IMG/VR virus record: IMGVR_UViG_3300045988_140636
Strand: one strand, 5' to 3'
Source: a virus
Length of the DNA: 64,000 bases
The notes below the pieces were generated by a model, which made no database searches, had not been told where the DNA came from, and worked only from the letters and a program-made list of their open reading frames with translations. The translations under genes and the position numbers were made by a program. Positions 19,342 to 29,017 of the stretch are shown here, in pieces. How positions within the stretch are numbered: position 1 is the stretch's first letter; every line of letters begins with the position of its first letter.

Positions 19342-21306
19342 ATCGTAGGGTGTTACAGTAATTAACACCTTGAATAATAAGTCATTACGTCTTAAGTATT
19401 CAAAAAAGTTTATCATACTCACCTTATAACACAATGCTCCAGTATGCTGTATAGGATAATTAACGGATTGCCTATCAGAATCAGACTTCCTCTTAAAGAA
19501 CTCTTTTACCATCTGCACCGTATCACATTTAGGAGCATCTATTTTCATTTCCCTATAGTAATCCCAAAACCTAGGTTCCTTAAACTTTACTTGTAGCTTC
19601 CTAAGATAGTTCCAATCATAGATATAGGCTCTATATCCAACTTTAGGATTAAGGTCTATATAGCCTTTACTGAACCAGTCCTTCTTTCTGAACTCAATAT
19701 ATCTTTTAAGACCATTAAAACCTTTCATATAATTGTCATATATCTCTTTAGCTCTTTTAGCTGTAAGCCCGAAGTTTCTCATAATGGTGTTGTCATTACC
19801 AGCGTAATTAAAAGCAAACTCATAACCTTTAGCCTCACTTCTCAACTTATGATACTGCTTCTTAACTTCTTTGGCAGGCATATCTTTAGGAATTTCAGGA
19901 AATACTATCTTCGCAGTTAGTGTATGTAAGTCCTTCTCACCATAGGTAAGCTCTCTAATCATCTCCTTATCATCAGCTACATCAGCCATGATAAATGATT
20001 CTTGCCCTGAGTAATCGGCACTTATCCATTTATTGCCACTTTCAGCTATGAAACAAGCCCTAGTCCTAGCATCAGCAGGCATATTAAGCATATTTACGTA
20101 CTCAACCTTAGCTGACTTGTCCTTACCTCCTGAGCTTATTCTTGCTGTATCAGTACCCAATGAGTTAAAGTTGGTATATAGCCTTCCAGTATCCCTATCT
20201 ATCTGTTTAAGTACATTTGCCCCATAGGTACTGCACAGCTTCTTCATTTCCTTATACCTTATATATAAGGGAATAAGACCACACTTATCCTTCTGAGGAG
20301 CCAATACCTTAGCTCCTATACTATCCTTATCCTCTCCTTCATCTTTGTCAAGAGAAGTTGTATCAACCCCATATTTCTTAAATAAAGGAATAACTTGTTT
20401 GGAGCTATTCCAATTAAGAACCACTTGGGGTTCAGTATTAAAACCTGAGAATAAACTACCTTGCCTATCTATTTTAATATACTTTGAATTGGGCTCATGC
20501 TCTATAAGCCATCTGTCCATTTCACCTTTAATGCTATCAAGAATAGATTGATCATGTTTCATTTTTTTCTGCCATTTATCTGTATCCATCTTTATGCCAC
20601 AATAGCACATATAAGCAATAGGAAGTATAGCCCTGTTCTCATACTCCATAGCAGTAAGAAGTCCTTGCTTCTCTAATTGTTTCAATTGTAATTCTTGTAT
20701 TTTCTCAAGATATTTTACATCATTGGCAGCATAGACTATGACATCTTCTGTAAGACCTTTATAGATGATTTGCCCTCTTATGGATTTATCGAGCTCTACT
20801 CCAAGATACATTTCACCTAGCTTTTTCAGATTCATATATAGAACATATTTAGCTTTTGAACTTTTTTTACTAGGGTCTGCCGGTACATAGTCATATCTAG
20901 GACATTGTATCTTATCCCATACTTCTGGACTTAATACAGTAGGGTAACCTAACCACATTAGTTTCTCTGCTAGAAACAAGTCATAGACATTACGAGGAAC
21001 TATATGGTATTTATAAAGCCACTGTAGATCAAATTTGGCATTATGAAATAAGAAAAGCCTATCAGATTCAAGATAGTTTTCATATAAAGTAATATCTGTA
21101 GTAAGACAATCTATTACTACTTGAAAATCAAAGCACCCTAATTGCAATGACAAGAGCTTATCCTTATGACAACTTAATCCACTAGTCTCGGTATCAACTC
21201 CTACAATTCTAAGAGGTTTAAGTAGGGATAGACTCTCGTCTACCCCTATTATTTTGTACTTCTCAGGTTCAAATAATTCTATATTTTTCGTAACTACATA
21301 TATCAT
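19342..21306 (-). CDS. DNA polymerase I (family A) with 3'-5' exonuclease domain, exon 1
   Basis: Exo I VGVDTETSGL, Exo III YAANDVKYL, motif A DYSGQESF, motif B RSEAKGYEFAFNYAG, NYPIQHTG; terminates at ...TPYD immediately before the intron. Confidence 0.85.
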
Positions 21307-21575
21307 TATTCAAATATTATAATATGTCCATACCCTATTGAATAAATAATAGACTTAACAACTGCTCCAGCTTCTTTCAGGAACTCTCCTTCTATTATCA
21401 TGGGGCCTCCTGGCGGAGAAATAAATCTCTTAGTCTCTTCTACATACCCAGATTTCACATTTATATAATCATGCTTTAATACATAGGTTTTGGAATCTTT
21501 TCCACTCATATTCTTGAGTTTTCTTAGACAATTATCTATTCCTCCCCTAGAATTAAGTTTTATTATGTTATCCAT
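21306..21575 (-). CDS. hypothetical protein
   Basis: ORF in operon spacing. Confidence 0.35.
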   Translation of the reverse strand: MDNIIKLNSRGGIDNCLRKLKNMSGKDSKTYVLKHDYINVKSGYVEETKRFISPPGGPMIIEGEFLKEAGAVVKSIIYSIGYGHIIIFE

Positions 21576-22063
21576 TATTTCATATATGCTATCAAGTTTT
21601 CGAAATCAATGACATACTTATATTTTTCAAAGAATCTACTTCCTAAGATTCCATGAAATTGTACACCGGATTCTTGCTTAATCACTTTAAACGCTGCATC
21701 TAAGTCAGCTATATTAAACTCTTCTTCAAATCTTTTTCTCTTATATGTTACTGTAATTCTGCAAGAGCCAGTACTAACTTCATTCCCTTCAAATCCTATC
21801 ACACTAGATTCTCCATCAATGATTTCATGGTCTAGAAGAGGTAAAACAGAACTGTTTATATAGGATAAATTACTACCTGTGTCCAATAGAAAATTTAATT
21901 TCTTTCTATTACAGTTAAATGTTGCTACTGGTAGCTCTGTTAAATCCATAGATTCTTTAAAGGAGATTTTACTATTGTTTCTATTCCTTACTTCCATGAT
22001 GGTATTAGCAATAAAAGCTACTGCTAATACCATTAATATCACGATTATTATATCTAATATCAT
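21575..22063 (-). CDS. membrane-anchored retropepsin-like (clan AA) aspartic peptidase
   Basis: N-terminal hydrophobic helix ILDIIIVILMVLAVAFIA; FLLDTGSNLSYI (DTG active site) and later HGILGSRFF flap-like motif. Confidence 0.5.
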   Translation of the reverse strand: MILDIIIVILMVLAVAFIANTIMEVRNRNNSKISFKESMDLTELPVATFNCNRKKLNFLLDTGSNLSYINSSVLPLLDHEIIDGESSVIGFEGNEVSTGSCRITVTYKRKRFEEEFNIADLDAAFKVIKQESGVQFHGILGSRFFEKYKYVIDFENLIAYMK

Positions 22064-22084
22064 GCCTCATAATTTTTTTAGTTA

Positions 22085-22624
22085 TTATCTAAGTCCAGTG
22101 GAACCAAGACCTCCTCTTTGTTTTCCTTCCAGATTCTCTACCTCAACCAATTTTATTCCAGAACTTAATAGCCATTTTAACTTCTGCCATGTAGAAGCAT
22201 GTTGACTAAGTCCGATTTCAAATTGGCAGATTCTATCCCCCTTTTTAATAGAGGTTTCTCTCATTGGAGAACAAATATAGTTCCATTCATCTTCTTCTCC
22301 TTTATAAATATTATCTATGAAACCCATACCATTAGGAATGAACAATCCCATCTTTCTAGGTATGCTGCTTCTTGACAGTATTTTGGCTGTAAATCCTTTT
22401 GGTAATTCCATAGCCACTCCAAGTGGTACATAGTAAGTTTCCATTGTTACATTCCTGTATCCAACTTCATTTCCATCTTGATCTGCTCTTTTCTTGAGAG
22501 TGCCTGATTGAGGAGCAGGAATGTCCATGTCAATAGCACTTTTCAAATCTATACAGTCTCCAAGTTTACTAATTTCGGGCATGCAGCCATCTACTAATAC
22601 TTTCACTTTTATCTTAAGCTTCAT
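22085..22624 (-). CDS. dut: dUTP pyrophosphatase (trimeric dUTPase)
   Basis: dUTPase motifs: GDCIDL, LSRSSI, GFIDNIYKG, RGGLGSTGL. Confidence 0.8.
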   Translation of the reverse strand: MKLKIKVKVLVDGCMPEISKLGDCIDLKSAIDMDIPAPQSGTLKKRADQDGNEVGYRNVTMETYYVPLGVAMELPKGFTAKILSRSSIPRKMGLFIPNGMGFIDNIYKGEEDEWNYICSPMRETSIKKGDRICQFEIGLSQHASTWQKLKWLLSSGIKLVEVENLEGKQRGGLGSTGLR

Positions 22625-22647
22625 ATTTATTCTATTTCTTTTTATTA

Positions 22648-22863
22648 TTAAAACAAATAATTGTAATCTACTATATGAGGGGGAGTCAAAGCCCTCTTCT
22701 TTTTAAACATAATTTTACTTCCTACCATAAAAGAGATACTATCTGCGTTATATCCTATAGCTTTAAGGTACTCTTCTACATTATCTATTTTATTAGCCAC
22801 CTCCTCTGGTATTTTTATACAATCCACGGTGGAACTTTGATAATCCAATACTACAGTTTCCAT
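22648..22863 (-). CDS. hypothetical small protein
   Basis: ORF between dUTPase and RNR. Confidence 0.3.
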   Translation of the reverse strand: METVVLDYQSSTVDCIKIPEEVANKIDNVEEYLKAIGYNADSISFMVGSKIMFKKKRALTPPHIVDYNYLF

Positions 22864-22880
22864 AATTAAATAGTTATTAG

Positions 22881-25800
22881 TTAATCACATCTTGAATAAC
22901 CACAATTCATGCAGTGTGTACAACCTCCATCTCTAACTAGGTTTCCACCGCACTCTGGGCACACTTCTCCTTTAATCTCTGAAGATTTAATATACTTGGC
23001 TAATATTCTACACATGGCAGAACTGAAGGAAGTTATATTATCATTTACTTTTTTGGCTGTTTTAGTAATAAATTCAATGCTAACTCCATGTCTTAATAGC
23101 ATTGATGAATATAAAGTAGCGGCTTTCTCCTCTATATTAGTATTAGCCAACTGTAAATCAGATAATTGAATAAACTTACTATCAAAGCTGTAGTGCATTT
23201 TACCTTTCTTGATAATCTTTCCTTTATGGGGAGGAATATCAATAGGTCTTAGAGGTCTGAATGCAAAAATTTCATAAGGTTTCCCTTCTAACAATCCTAC
23301 AAGAACGATAAATTGTTCCCCTTTCACTTTGACTTGATGATAGTCAGCTTCAAGCTCTTTAGGTCTCTTAGGAGCTTGTCTATTACTTATAGTACTAGGC
23401 TTTTCTATCTTATTCAAGACTCCTTCCCTACAACCATCTCTATATATAGTCTGTCCTTTATTTCCTGTTCTCCATGCTTCTATATAAATATCAGCAATCT
23501 CCTCTTCAGTAATCTCTTTTGGAAGATTTATTGTAGAACTAATACTATGAGTGATATATTTCTGTACAATACCTTGCAACTTGATTCTTTGCTTCCAATC
23601 TATCTCTGGTGCTGTAGATCCATAATAAGGACTCTTCTTAAAAGCCTCTTTAAGATATTCCATATCCTGTAACTTCTCCAAATATTCAGGATCATTGAAG
23701 TTCCCTTTGAATGTAGAATAGCATAACCATTTGGCTAAATTAGGATGAACCACTGTGAATAAAGTGTATTTTTCTCCTTTTACATCAGTATAATCTACTT
23801 TATCATTAGGAGACATACATTTTCTCTTTCTTCTATAGAATGGTAAAAAGACAGGCTCTATTCCAGAGGAACATTGAGCCATAATACTCACAGTGCCTGT
23901 GGGTGCAACAGTCGACCAACTTATATTTCTTCGGCCTAAGCATTTCATTTTAATAGCCTCTGTGTGGAAATTATCACTAAGGAATTCATACCATTTGTTC
24001 TTGCCACGATGGGGTATAACAGTATATTCCTTATGTGAATCCCAAGCTGGAAATGCTCCTCTCTCAATAGTCATATCTATTTGAGAGTCCAATTGACCCT
24101 TAAATATAATCCTCATCAGATCTTCAATTTTTTGAATACCTTCATCAGAATCATATTTCAGCCCTAACATAGCTATGGCATCTGCCAATCCAGTAAAACC
24201 AAGACCAGCTCTTCTACCTCTTCTTGTAGTCTCTCTTATTCTACTCCATAGATTAAATTCTACAAAGTCAGATTCACCGTTAGCTATATTTATAATTCTG
24301 TCTATGGCTTCCAATTCAAGATCTACAAGATCATCTGCTAATCTCATAGCTTCGTAGGAATGCTTGTAGAGTAAGTCTTTATCAATATAAGATTCTTCCG
24401 TAAATGGATCTTTTATATAGCTTGTCAGATTAATATGTATCAATCGGCAACTATCAAAGGGACCCATTGGTATTTCTCCACAGTTATGAGCAACCATATT
24501 ATTAGCAATTAAACAATGTGTTCCAGGTACTTGTATATCATATACATCTACTTGTTCACCTTCTTCAATGCTAACTATACAATTATCCCACTGATTTCTA
24601 CACTTAGTAGCTAAGTAATCAGGTAATGGCTCTGTATTTTTCCAAGCTGGGGTTTTTTCACTTGGGACAAACCTCCCATCTTCTCCTCTGACCTGGTGAT
24701 TTTGTGGATTCTGTTCTAATGCTGTAAGTCTAGCATGTTTAGAGTGATCAATAGATTGAAGGTTATTAATTACATTATTAAATGGATTTGCATCTAAGTG
24801 ATGAATATCCTTATCAATCTGCTGACCATATACTCCCTCATAAACAAGTCTATGCTCCATTACATAGTCCCTATTTCCCTCGGTAGTAAGTTTCACTCCG
24901 ACATATCTCCTTCCTCTTCTGCTCCTTAGGATATGAGCAATTCTATCTCCTATCTTAAGATTTTGAGCTTCTATAAATCCCACTCCTTGAACGAACATTT
25001 TATGGTTAGGCGTAACCATTATAGAAGATCCATTTCTTAGGACAATCTTTAATGTTTTAGCATTATCTCTTGTCTTAAAAGCTGCTGTAGAGGGAACTAT
25101 ACAAATATGCCCTTCCTCATTCATGCTATATACATAAGTAGGTTCAGTTATATCAGCAATTCTCTTTCTGCCTTCTACAGTTTCAATGAGAGTATCAGGA
25201 TGAAAGCAAGGATTTGTCCCGATCATCTTAAATTCTTCATAAACACCATCAGGAGCATAATCATGCATAGCATTTTCAAACATTATTCCAGGTTCAGCTG
25301 TATTATATGCACAATGCATTAGAGTATTCCATAACTTTCTTGCTTTAATCTTTTTTAAACAAACTCTTTTTTCAGCAGGAAGGGCTTCCCCAAAGCAGAG
25401 TAATTTATCATATTCCATCTCTTCTAATTGAGAAGGATCATAATTGGCATGTACAGGCCATCTAAGCAAATAATCTTCATCATTGATTACTGCTCTCATG
25501 AACTCATCTGTGACTTTCACACTTATATTGGCTCCAGTTACTTTGGTAAGATCTTGCTTTTTAGTAATGAACTCTTCAATGTCAGGGTGATTTATACTAA
25601 TACTTAACATTAAAGCTCCACGTCTACCATTCTGTGCTACCTCATTGGTGATATCAGAACATACATCCATAAAGCTTGCTGCACCAGTAGATGATTTAGC
25701 TGCATTATTCACTGCAGCTCCTCTTGGTCTTAGATTAGATAAATCATAACCTACTCCTCCTCTCCTTTTCATGAGCTGGACTTGCTGGCTTCTGGTATTC

Positions 25801-26165
25801 ATTATACTAGAGTAACTATCTACTGGAGAACCTATTACAAAACAGTTAGATAAAGAGACCAATTTTCCTGTACCTAATCCGGACATAACAGAACCTCCAG
25901 GGATTATATATTTAAAGTTCTTGAACAGTTCATATATATCCTCCTCTTTTAGCTCTTTCCTTTCATTCCCATAAGGGGATAATACTAACCTGCCTTTTTG
26001 ACTCATAGGAGTATTATTCGCATATTCTCTCTCTATTCTACCAAATTCCTTAGCGAGTCTCCTATGCATATCATCAGGAGTAGTTTCTCCTTCCATAGCG
26101 TACTTGTTTTTCCATGTGGAAGCCGCTAATTCATCTCCATTAAAATAATTCAATAAATCATTCAT
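22881..26165 (-). CDS. ribonucleotide reductase catalytic subunit (monomeric class II-like; C-terminal CxxC...CxxC tail) interrupted by an intein
   Basis: LSNCFV first-Cys region and NP/CGEI active-site loop split by the intein. C-terminal CPECGG...CTHCMNCG. No beta-subunit ORF seen nearby. Confidence 0.7.
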   Translation of the reverse strand: MNDLLNYFNGDELAASTWKNKYAMEGETTPDDMHRRLAKEFGRIEREYANNTPMSQKGRLVLSPYGNERKELKEEDIYELFKNFKYIIPGGSVMSGLGTGKLVSLSNCFVIGSPVDSYSSIMNTRSQQVQLMKRRGGVGYDLSNLRPRGAAVNNAAKSSTGAASFMDVCSDITNEVAQNGRRGALMLSISINHPDIEEFITKKQDLTKVTGANISVKVTDEFMRAVINDEDYLLRWPVHANYDPSQLEEMEYDKLLCFGEALPAEKRVCLKKIKARKLWNTLMHCAYNTAEPGIMFENAMHDYAPDGVYEEFKMIGTNPCFHPDTLIETVEGRKRIADITEPTYVYSMNEEGHICIVPSTAAFKTRDNAKTLKIVLRNGSSIMVTPNHKMFVQGVGFIEAQNLKIGDRIAHILRSRRGRRYVGVKLTTEGNRDYVMEHRLVYEGVYGQQIDKDIHHLDANPFNNVINNLQSIDHSKHARLTALEQNPQNHQVRGEDGRFVPSEKTPAWKNTEPLPDYLATKCRNQWDNCIVSIEEGEQVDVYDIQVPGTHCLIANNMVAHNCGEIPMGPFDSCRLIHINLTSYIKDPFTEESYIDKDLLYKHSYEAMRLADDLVDLELEAIDRIINIANGESDFVEFNLWSRIRETTRRGRRAGLGFTGLADAIAMLGLKYDSDEGIQKIEDLMRIIFKGQLDSQIDMTIERGAFPAWDSHKEYTVIPHRGKNKWYEFLSDNFHTEAIKMKCLGRRNISWSTVAPTGTVSIMAQCSSGIEPVFLPFYRRKRKCMSPNDKVDYTDVKGEKYTLFTVVHPNLAKWLCYSTFKGNFNDPEYLEKLQDMEYLKEAFKKSPYYGSTAPEIDWKQRIKLQGIVQKYITHSISSTINLPKEITEEEIADIYIEAWRTGNKGQTIYRDGCREGVLNKIEKPSTISNRQAPKRPKELEADYHQVKVKGEQFIVLVGLLEGKPYEIFAFRPLRPIDIPPHKGKIIKKGKMHYSFDSKFIQLSDLQLANTNIEEKAATLYSSMLLRHGVSIEFITKTAKKVNDNITSFSSAMCRILAKYIKSSEIKGEVCPECGGNLVRDGGCTHCMNCGYSRCD
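24483..25208 (-). mobile_element. intein (242 aa) with HNH endonuclease domain inserted at the RNR NPC|GE active site
   Basis: Starts CFHPDTLIETVEG (block A, Cys1), ends NMVAHN followed by +1 Cys (CGEI); internal HNH motif HRLV...DIHHLDANPFNNVINNL...H. Confidence 0.75.
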
Positions 26166-27198
26166 TATTTAACCAATTTGTTATTACGTTAATTTCTGAA
26201 ATATTTGCAGGATATTCCACATTATGAGTGGAATAATAATGAAGTTCTGATACTATCTTACTCCAATGCCTGCATAAATACTGTTTATTTCTTCCGTAGA
26301 CATGGTCTTCGAACTTACTGGTATCATCATAGATCCATACAAGAGGCTTCTTATTATATCTATTGATTACTATAAATCTGTAATCCAATAGTTTATAATT
26401 TCTATAGAACTCATCTTTGTCCAAGGTCTGTCTTATAAGATACCAATAAAGCTGAGCTTGAATCCAGTAATTCCAGTCTATAAAAGACTTATAGAATTCC
26501 CATTCACTCTTCCCAGATGTTTTTAAATCACAAGGAATGATATATTTCTCCTTATGATTAACTATGAGTAGGTCAGCCATACATCTTAGCGGAATTTTAT
26601 TCCATTCCCCTTTGAACTTCAATTGATAAAATCTTTCTACCTCAGGATTGAAAGGATTATTACATTCAAAGTACCACTTAGTCATTCTATGCGTCTTTAA
26701 TACTTCCACACATTCACATGCACTAATATAATCTTTGGTAGATACCAGTGTTTTACCTTTAGATAAAAATAATAGAGAGTAATAATCTCTACACTCTTCC
26801 TTTATCTTTCTTATTCTATAGGAAGCATACTTAGGATTAGAATAATATCCACAAGATTCTCCTATGTCTGATATAATATTGTCTGGTATTTGCTCTATGC
26901 CTTTGCAGGATTCATGATATGTATTAAATAACATTTTAGCTATCTGGGCTAGGGAGTCACTAATATCGGGAAGTTCAGCTACTTCATATCTTTTATCGAA
27001 TTCCTTTTGACCATCTGTAAGAAGAGTATCTACCATACTTCCAAATAACAAAGAAGGAGTCTCTATTTTATCATATAGATTGCCTAAACCATTAAATCCT
27101 TCTCTATTAAATCTGGCTATAACAGAATAAGAATAAGCTGGGTCAGATCTATACTCCTCTTCATTCACTTTCCAAGAAATATCATACAAAGATTTCAT
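26158..27198 (-). CDS. PD-(D/E)xK superfamily nuclease (RecB/YqaJ-like exonuclease)
   Basis: AYSYSVIARF N-terminal signature; MADLLIV ... IIPCDLKTSG (D...D/ExK). Confidence 0.45.
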   Translation of the reverse strand: MKSLYDISWKVNEEEYRSDPAYSYSVIARFNREGFNGLGNLYDKIETPSLLFGSMVDTLLTDGQKEFDKRYEVAELPDISDSLAQIAKMLFNTYHESCKGIEQIPDNIISDIGESCGYYSNPKYASYRIRKIKEECRDYYSLLFLSKGKTLVSTKDYISACECVEVLKTHRMTKWYFECNNPFNPEVERFYQLKFKGEWNKIPLRCMADLLIVNHKEKYIIPCDLKTSGKSEWEFYKSFIDWNYWIQAQLYWYLIRQTLDKDEFYRNYKLLDYRFIVINRYNKKPLVWIYDDTSKFEDHVYGRNKQYLCRHWSKIVSELHYYSTHNVEYPANISEINVITNWLNNE

Positions 27199-27201
27199 AC
27201 C

Positions 27202-27474
27202 TTAATACTCTAAATCACTAGGAAAATCAAGTTGCATTAAGTACACATCTACCTCAGACTTTAACACATTAAGGCTGTCTAGATCAATCTTTAAATATTC
27301 TGGCCTAGGATTTTCTTTCCTTCTGTCCATTCGTATCTTATTTATTGCAGAATCTACTAGCTCCTTCAACGAGTAAAAGTCTCTATTATCTAGGAATTTA
27401 TAGCCTAAATGAATATCCTTTTCAGGAAGTAAACCAATTAATTTCCTAATTCTATCTACAGGTGTGCTGCTCAT
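27202..27474 (-). CDS. hypothetical protein
   Basis: ORF in operon spacing. Confidence 0.3.
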   Translation of the reverse strand: MSSTPVDRIRKLIGLLPEKDIHLGYKFLDNRDFYSLKELVDSAINKIRMDRRKENPRPEYLKIDLDSLNVLKSEVDVYLMQLDFPSDLEY

Positions 27475-27964
27475 AATTTTTTATAATTTCTATTGCTTGA
27501 AGAAGTTGTTTTTTTGTATACACCTCAAAATATATAGATCTTTCACCGCTCTTTGTGTAGAGCTGGTCCAAGTAATACAAAAACATTTTCTTCTTGATAT
27601 AAAATACATCATTTTCTATCCCCTTAGCCTCAATATACACATTGAGATTGTTATATTTAAAGTAAAAGTCTGGAGTATATCTGATTCCTACTATCTTTCC
27701 AGTCTTCTGTATTAATATCCTTGAAGGACAATTGTTTATTCCTTCTTCAAGTCTCTTGGCTCTTTGCCTATCTGTCTCCATATCATAATATGGAGTCATT
27801 GGTTGAAATCCATCCCACAAGGTAAAGGTCTTAGGTTCATATTGAGGATCAAATCCATGTTGTAAAAGGATATTATAAAATCTCTTCTCTATAACACTCT
27901 TAAAGGTAATGCTACTATCCTTGCAGACAGTAGCATTCCTTATCTTTTTATTTGCAGTTTTCAT
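27452..27964 (-). CDS. T7 endonuclease I-like Holliday junction resolvase
   Basis: YTPDFYF...VYIEAKG (compare T7 gp3 YTPDFLL...FIEVKG) and N-terminal S.IEKRFYNILLQHGFDPQYE resembling T7 endo I SGLEDKVSKQLESKGIKFEYE. Confidence 0.55.
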   Translation of the reverse strand: MKTANKKIRNATVCKDSSITFKSVIEKRFYNILLQHGFDPQYEPKTFTLWDGFQPMTPYYDMETDRQRAKRLEEGINNCPSRILIQKTGKIVGIRYTPDFYFKYNNLNVYIEAKGIENDVFYIKKKMFLYYLDQLYTKSGERSIYFEVYTKKQLLQAIEIIKNYEQHTCR

Positions 27965-28539
27965 TTAAAGTCAAAACATTCTTGCGTTAGCAAATTTTGA
28001 AACTCTTCCAATAATCCAAGAGCAATTTGGGCTTCTCTGGCAGATCTGAAAGCAGCGAAGTTTTTGTAATCCTTGATACATTCTTTTTTCAGGTTATAAA
28101 CTTTCATACTAATTATATCTGCCATGTATATGTTAGGGCTATTACTAATATGATCTTCATAATTGGCATCTAGATCGATAGCTATTTCCCTTAAGAACAT
28201 AGTATATAGTGAAGCTGGACAAATATTAAGTAAGGTAAAAAGGAATTCTATAGAATTCTCTTCATTTAGACTGGATTTTTGGCATATTTTCCTAAGATAA
28301 TACTCTACATCTTTTTCAGATTTAAGGGGTCCTTCTTCTAGATCTTCTCTCTCTACTATTAAACCTTTTTTAATTAGTTTACTTATGCTATTAGGAAGTA
28401 CAATAAATTCTTGAATTACAGAAAAGTAATCTCCCCTACGTACTCTTCTTATAACGTCACCCATTTTTACTTCTTCACCTGCTTTAGTGTAATACCTTTT
28501 CTTATTCATATTTTTCTGTTTAATGTCAATATTCTTCAT
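27961..28539 (-). CDS. hypothetical protein
   Basis: ORF in operon spacing. Confidence 0.35.
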   Translation of the reverse strand: MKNIDIKQKNMNKKRYYTKAGEEVKMGDVIRRVRRGDYFSVIQEFIVLPNSISKLIKKGLIVEREDLEEGPLKSEKDVEYYLRKICQKSSLNEENSIEFLFTLLNICPASLYTMFLREIAIDLDANYEDHISNSPNIYMADIISMKVYNLKKECIKDYKNFAAFRSAREAQIALGLLEEFQNLLTQECFDFK

Positions 28540-29017
28540 ACCATTTTATGGAATACCCATAAATATCTCTTAATTTTTTATCTATTTCATCAAATAGATA
28601 ATGAGGCATCTTTGTCCCACTCCTTGCAAAATATGCAGGGTGTTCAATCTTCAAAACATGATTGAAATTCTTATTGATATACGGATCAAATGTTCCAGCT
28701 TGTTTACCGAATAATACATATACAATAGAACACAAATTTTCCGAAAGATTCTTTAATAATTTAGATATGAATGGTCTCCATAACATAACATGGGAGCCTA
28801 TTTTATTCATCTCCACAGTAAGAGCAGAGTTAATCATTAATATACCCTGCTTAGCCCAGTTCTCTAAAGTTTGGTCAAAGATAATGCTATCATGTGGAAT
28901 TTCCAAATTTATCACTGCTTCTTTTAATATTTTTAGAGAAGGCGACAAATCTTCTTCTGAAACTTCTTTTCTATTTCCAAACAGTACTCCAGTAGCTACT
29001 CCCTTTTGTGGATAAGG
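28526..29017 (-). CDS. ung: uracil-DNA glycosylase family 1, exon 2 (from PYPQKG...)
   Basis: Continues the E. coli Ung alignment after GQD (PYHGPGQAHG versus PYPQKGVATG); GILMINSALTV; C-terminal HPAYFARSG (HPSPLS-like); omega-G at 29018. Confidence 0.8.
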   Translation of the reverse strand, partial: PYPQKGVATGVLFGNRKEVSEEDLSPSLKILKEAVINLEIPHDSIIFDQTLENWAKQGILMINSALTVEMNKIGSHVMLWRPFISKLLKNLSENLCSIVYVLFGKQAGTFDPYINKNFNHVLKIEHPAYFARSGTKMPHYLFDEIDKKLRDIYGYSIKWYEEY

